Positions 60,118 through 64,000 of a stretch of DNA of 64,000 nt are shown in pieces. Numbering within the stretch: position 1 is the first letter of the stretch; every line of letters starts with the position of its first letter. The stretch covers positions 192,001 to 256,000 of the forward strand of contig CAWGRW010000009.1 in NCBI GenBank assembly GCA_963825135.1. Reading direction: 5' to 3'. The notes under the pieces are model-generated. The model saw only the letters and a list, made by a program, of their open reading frames with translations, was not told where the DNA came from and did not search any database. This DNA comes from an uncultured bacterium. GTDB taxonomy: Bacteria; Desulfobacterota_D; UBA1144; Nemesobacterales; UBA2774. A program made the translations under genes and the position numbers.

Positions 60118-60573
60118 ATGAATCCTATCAAGAAAAAGAAATCGGTAGCTGTCGTAGGTTCCGTATACAAATTCCTCGCCACCGGGGAGGACACGGGAGG
60201 GGCTTATTCCCTGTTCGAGGCCCTGGTGCCGCCGAGAGACCCGGGGCCGCCGCACCACATTCACAGGAACGAGGACGAGGCCTTATATATACTCCGGGGC
60301 GGGTTCTCGATTTTTCTCGGCGGCGAGGAATTCCGCGGCAAGACGGGTGATTATATATTCCTCCCCCGCGGTATCAGGCACACGTTCAGATCCGATTCCG
60401 ACGAACCCGGCAGGCTGCTCGTAATTGTCAACCCTTCGGGGTTCGAGAAGTTCTTCGACGCCGTAGGAGAGCCCGTTGAGGACGATACGATCCTCCCCCC
60501 GCCGCCGTCAAAGGAGCATATTCAGAAAATTATAGAAGAAGCGCCCAGGTTCGGTATCGAGTTAATCCTCTAA
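60118..60573 (+). CDS. Cupin domain protein (quercetinase-like), paralog 2
   Basis: GEDTGG, PPHHIHRNEDE, GDYIFLPRGIRH, PSGFE. Confidence 0.88.
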   Translation: MNPIKKKKSVAVVGSVYKFLATGEDTGGAYSLFEALVPPRDPGPPHHIHRNEDEALYILRGGFSIFLGGEEFRGKTGDYIFLPRGIRHTFRSDSDEPGRLLVIVNPSGFEKFFDAVGEPVEDDTILPPPPSKEHIQKIIEEAPRFGIELIL

Positions 60574-60577
60574 AAGA

Positions 60578-60612
60578 AAGCCTGCCGTCTTCAGCAGTAA
60601 GACGGCAGGCTT
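60578..60612. terminator. Bidirectional terminator hairpin between convergent genes
   Basis: AAGCCTGCCGTCTT-7 nt-AAGACGGCAGGCTT, a perfect 14-bp stem. Confidence 0.75.
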
Positions 60613-60655
60613 CTTAAAGGAGGTGTGAGAGAAACTGATGTCTTCCCGACTTAAT

Positions 60656-62062
60656 CTAAAAATTGGCCTGAAGCTGGGCCCTTACTATATTCGCGTCCAC
60701 ATTGGGCGCGTTTAAAGTAGCCTCGTTTCTCTGAAACGTATAATTCAGCTGGACCTTCCACCTGTGGTCGTGCGACATGTAGTAGTTTAAGCCCGGCGTC
60801 AGCTCCCATTGCTTACTGGGCACACTCGTATCCGGGGGAACGACGCCCGAGTTCGTATCGAAGTCGATCAATGCGTACCTCGCAGCCAGCTCAACCGTCT
60901 TGGGCAGAAGGAATACGCCCGCCTGGGCCCTGAACCCCTGGTCAAATGCGGTATCCTGAGGGCCCGTATCAGGCGCAAGCCATCTTGCGTCGTATTCCGC
61001 CTCGACGTTGAAGTAGGGCATCTTGAAGTTCAGGTCGCCTGTCAGCTGCGTGAAGTTCGATGATGGGAACCCGAGCTGCGCTATCCTGTCGCAGACTCCG
61101 CCGTTGGGTGTTTTTACCGAGCAGTCGAGTCCGGGTAATGCCGACGCGGCAAAACCTATCGCGAAGGTGGGTTTCTTGGCGAAATTGGGAACAATGTCAT
61201 AGGCTTTCGCGGTGGGGAAAGCTCCGTTTGCGTTAAACTTGTAGTCGTCATCCCCTCCCAAACCTAACTGAATTCTGCCGACGTAGAGCATATTCGAGTC
61301 AACGCTCGTACCGTTAATCCCGTCCCCGTTAAAAACACCGGCTGCATAAGAAAAGTGATTGTTTTTCCCGATGCCACCCAGGAGCGCGAGACCGCGGTCT
61401 CTTTCCAATGAAAACTGGGAGTTGACTATAGACCTTTCAATTATCTGCAACGACGCCGTGGAAGTCAGCTCTTCCCTGTTGAAGGGGACTTTCCACTGTC
61501 CGGTTCTCGGCGCTATTTCCTTCCGATACGCCGCCGTGATGTATGCATCCTTCAGGAGGGAGCTCGCTGCGGGGTCTATCATGAGCATATAATAGAACCA
61601 CGGTTTGAATGCGTAGCCGTCCCACCTCATCTCGAACCTGCGGATGTTGAAGTTTGTCGCCACGTCCTTTCCGTCAGTGTCAGTGACAACACCCTGTATC
61701 TGAGGCATCATCGTAAATCTCATCTTAAACGCAAAACCTTTGTCGTCGGTCGACTCGAAAGTAAAACCCTTATCATACTTTGCTAAAAACTTGTTATACC
61801 AGGCGTCCTTGTCCACTGTCTCCTGCTGTGTCTTTATCTCGGTTATCTTCTCCTGATCGGCCGCCCTTTCCGATTGAAGACTCTCGAGCTGCTTCTTAAG
61901 CTCGTCTATCTGCTTCTGGTTCTGGAGCTGTATGATCTCGATCTGTTTCTTAAGCTCTTCTATCTGCTGCTTCGTCGATTGGGCGTACGAGCCCGCGGGG
62001 CAAAGCAGTATCAGGAAGAGGAGCACCACCGCCTCCATGTTCCTACTGACTTTACTTATCAT
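60656..62062 (-). CDS. OprO/OprP-family porin
   Basis: Signal peptide, N-terminal coiled coil, GQWKVPFNREE, RDRG, beta-strands ending QLQANF. Confidence 0.8.
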   Translation of the reverse strand: MISKVSRNMEAVVLLFLILLCPAGSYAQSTKQQIEELKKQIEIIQLQNQKQIDELKKQLESLQSERAADQEKITEIKTQQETVDKDAWYNKFLAKYDKGFTFESTDDKGFAFKMRFTMMPQIQGVVTDTDGKDVATNFNIRRFEMRWDGYAFKPWFYYMLMIDPAASSLLKDAYITAAYRKEIAPRTGQWKVPFNREELTSTASLQIIERSIVNSQFSLERDRGLALLGGIGKNNHFSYAAGVFNGDGINGTSVDSNMLYVGRIQLGLGGDDDYKFNANGAFPTAKAYDIVPNFAKKPTFAIGFAASALPGLDCSVKTPNGGVCDRIAQLGFPSSNFTQLTGDLNFKMPYFNVEAEYDARWLAPDTGPQDTAFDQGFRAQAGVFLLPKTVELAARYALIDFDTNSGVVPPDTSVPSKQWELTPGLNYYMSHDHRWKVQLNYTFQRNEATLNAPNVDANIVRAQLQANF

Positions 62063-62102
62063 CTTACTGATCCTCCTATAAGTGTTTTTTTGTGACCTGT
62101 CG

Positions 62103-62765
62103 TCATTTTGCGAACGACCCGCCGGCTGATTTTAAATCCGGTCTGTCGTACCTCGAATACCTGACACTCCTCGCGCTCCTCGACCCGCCGGTGACGGGCA
62201 CTCCGAGCGCCTGCGAGAGCCCGCGTCTCAGCGGCTCCAGCTTCTCCCTGAAGACCCTCAGGCCTTTGACATAAGCCGCGGGGTTGTTCTGCCACAAGAG
62301 GAAGTTATTGAATACCTGTTTGAGCCGTTCCCCGACTACGGACGAATCGAAGCTCCAGTCGAAGTCCCCTTCGATAGGGTAAAAGGTCTGGAAGAAGAGG
62401 AGCTGTTTTATGACGCTCCTGTGATCCTCGATGTAATAGAGATCGAAGTAACCCGTCCTCACCCAGCTGTATCCGCTGGCGAAACTCTCCGCGAAATTGT
62501 CTTCCAGCCCTAATTTTTTCCCTGCGATGTACACCAGGTTCACGAATACATACGCCGCCTCCGGCGTGAAATACCCGTGTTCCGAAAATCCCTCGTCGAG
62601 CCGGTTGAGGCTGCTTACAAAATAGAGCCCGCTGTATTTTTTCGCGAAGCCCGAGCCCGGTATCGCGCTCAAATCGAGCTCTCCGACATCGGCGATTTCA
62701 ATAAGTGATTTCCTGATGTTGTTCCATTCCCGATTTGCTATCCTGATCGTTTCTTCAGATGTCAT
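62103..62765 (-). CDS. Hypothetical protein
   Basis: 220-aa ORF with AGGAG RBS; no motif recognised. Confidence 0.6.
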   Translation of the reverse strand: MTSEETIRIANREWNNIRKSLIEIADVGELDLSAIPGSGFAKKYSGLYFVSSLNRLDEGFSEHGYFTPEAAYVFVNLVYIAGKKLGLEDNFAESFASGYSWVRTGYFDLYYIEDHRSVIKQLLFFQTFYPIEGDFDWSFDSSVVGERLKQVFNNFLLWQNNPAAYVKGLRVFREKLEPLRRGLSQALGVPVTGGSRSARSVRYSRYDRPDLKSAGGSFAK

Positions 62766-63012
62766 TTTTTTCTCCTGTAAGCTTCCTTTTGCTTTTTTGC
62801 GTAGAAATCCCCCGTAAAGTTGTATTTATGAAAAATCAACTTTTTAAAGTTCGCGGAAATTTCCCGCAGTTCACCCGTGCGCCCGTATTAAAGCGTCAGA
62901 CCACAGGACCCTCGACTGTCTCAGAAACTAACTGGATTCAGGACAACAGTAATACGTACCCCTCAGCTTGATGCGGTGCTTAAGGACTAACAAATTTTTG
63001 ATATACACGTGT

Positions 63013-63774
63013 TCAGGCATTTAGCAGCCCCCACCTTTCCCTGACGCGGTTCTCGAGCTTCGTGAATACGAACCTGTCGACCGTTATGCCTATGACTATT
63101 ATTATTATCATTACCGCTATGATCTGGCTTATGTCGTTCAACTCCCTCCCCATCGTCAGGAGGTGTCCGAGCCCGATGCTCACGTACAACAGCTCGCCCG
63201 CCATGAGAGCGCGCCACGCGAAGGACCAGCCCTGCTTGAGCCCGCTTATTATGGACGGCATCGCGGCAGGGATTATGACTTTGGTATAGAGATCGAAGCC
63301 GCCCGCGCCCATCGTCCTCGCGGCCCGGAGGTATATGGGGGGCACGTTCTTCACGCCGGAATCGACCCCTATCGTCACGGCGAAGAGCGATCCGAGCACG
63401 ACCACCATAACTATCGCGCTTTCGCTGAGCCCGAACCAGAGGAGCGCTATCGGGAGCCAGCATATGCTCGGGAGCGCCTGGAACCCGAGCACTATGGTGC
63501 CGACAGTCTCGTCGAGCACCTTCACCCGCCCTATCGCGAGCCCAATCAACAGCCCGCCCGCGACGGACAACCCGTAGCCGATCAGCACCCTCTTCATACT
63601 GACCAGTATGCCGATTGTGAAGCTGTTGTCCTGAAAGCCCGCTATGAGCGAGCTTAAGACGCCGAGCGGAGACGGGAACAGGTAAGAGGGCCATATATGC
63701 AGTGCGGCGACCCCTTGCCATATCGCTATCAGGAGCAGATAAAAAGCCGTTAATAGAATTACCTTGCGTTTCAT
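63013..63774 (-). CDS. NitT/TauT (SsuC-like) ABC transporter permease
   Basis: LFPSP, QALPSICWLP, RAARTMGA (EAA-like loop), WRALMAGELL. Confidence 0.92.
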   Translation of the reverse strand: MKRKVILLTAFYLLLIAIWQGVAALHIWPSYLFPSPLGVLSSLIAGFQDNSFTIGILVSMKRVLIGYGLSVAGGLLIGLAIGRVKVLDETVGTIVLGFQALPSICWLPIALLWFGLSESAIVMVVVLGSLFAVTIGVDSGVKNVPPIYLRAARTMGAGGFDLYTKVIIPAAMPSIISGLKQGWSFAWRALMAGELLYVSIGLGHLLTMGRELNDISQIIAVMIIIIVIGITVDRFVFTKLENRVRERWGLLNA

Positions 63775-64000
63775 CAGCCGGCCGCCTCCCTCACTCCCGC
63801 GTCGACATCCTCGCCGTCGTCCCTTATCTCGTCGGTGATCCACTTTGTGTTGAGGAACACCTCGGGGTTGCCGGGCTTCCTCGGCCTCTCTATCTCTATG
63901 TCGTGCTCCGACTTGATCCTCCCCGGGTTCTTCGTGAATACGAGCACCCTGTCCCCGAGTATTACAGCCTCCTCCACGTTGTGAGTAACAAAAATAATCG
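63774..64000 (-). CDS. NitT/TauT ABC transporter ATP-binding protein, C-terminal part only
   Basis: IIFVTHNVEEAVILGDRVLVF..PGRI..RPR. Confidence 0.88.
   Translation of the reverse strand, partial: IIFVTHNVEEAVILGDRVLVFTKNPGRIKSEHDIEIERPRKPGNPEVFLNTKWITDEIRDDGEDVDAGVREAAG

Noticed and set aside
62766..63012. Riboswitch in the long leader
   Set aside because: No SAM, TPP, FMN or c-di-AMP consensus could be completed by eye.

Overview
A 64-kb, mostly high-GC bacterial chromosomal window. The nnr-tsaE-lysC-cimA order, an IPTL-CTERM-type sorting tail and IGGC lipoprotein signals suggest a Desulfobacterota-related lineage such as Ca. Dadabacteria (inference only). Most of it is housekeeping and metabolic genes: nnr, tsaE, lysC, cimA, nth, ferredoxin, secG, tpiA, a pgk-like gene, def, ihfB, corA, lspA, riboflavin synthase, aroK, mgtE, trxA, TolC/TetR, msrA, a sigma54-type two-component pair, cpoB, gmd/fcl and an ABC transporter. 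There is no rRNA, tRNA, CRISPR array or transposase. About nine genes carry frameshifts that look like long-read consensus errors. The most unusual signal is non-coding. Several intergenic regions are mosaics of palindromic REP-like repeats. Six of these repeats are interrupted by a family of about 90-bp elements: five full copies of 89-91 bp and one truncated copy. The copies share an AAC-led end with a 7-bp stem showing compensatory changes, a G(A/T)CG motif, about 50 bp of divergent interior and a CCAAA(A/T) end, with no evident target duplication. Other notable items: a full-length PGK homologue in the pgk-tpiA-secG position that has lost most catalytic residues; a lipoprotein with a thaumatin (PR-5) domain; a nodZ-gmd-fcl fucosylation cluster; tandem AN1/B-box-like zinc-finger mini-proteins; a low-GC two-gene islet; TATA-cored double-repeat palindromes; and a divergently arranged ECF sigma/anti-sigma pair.
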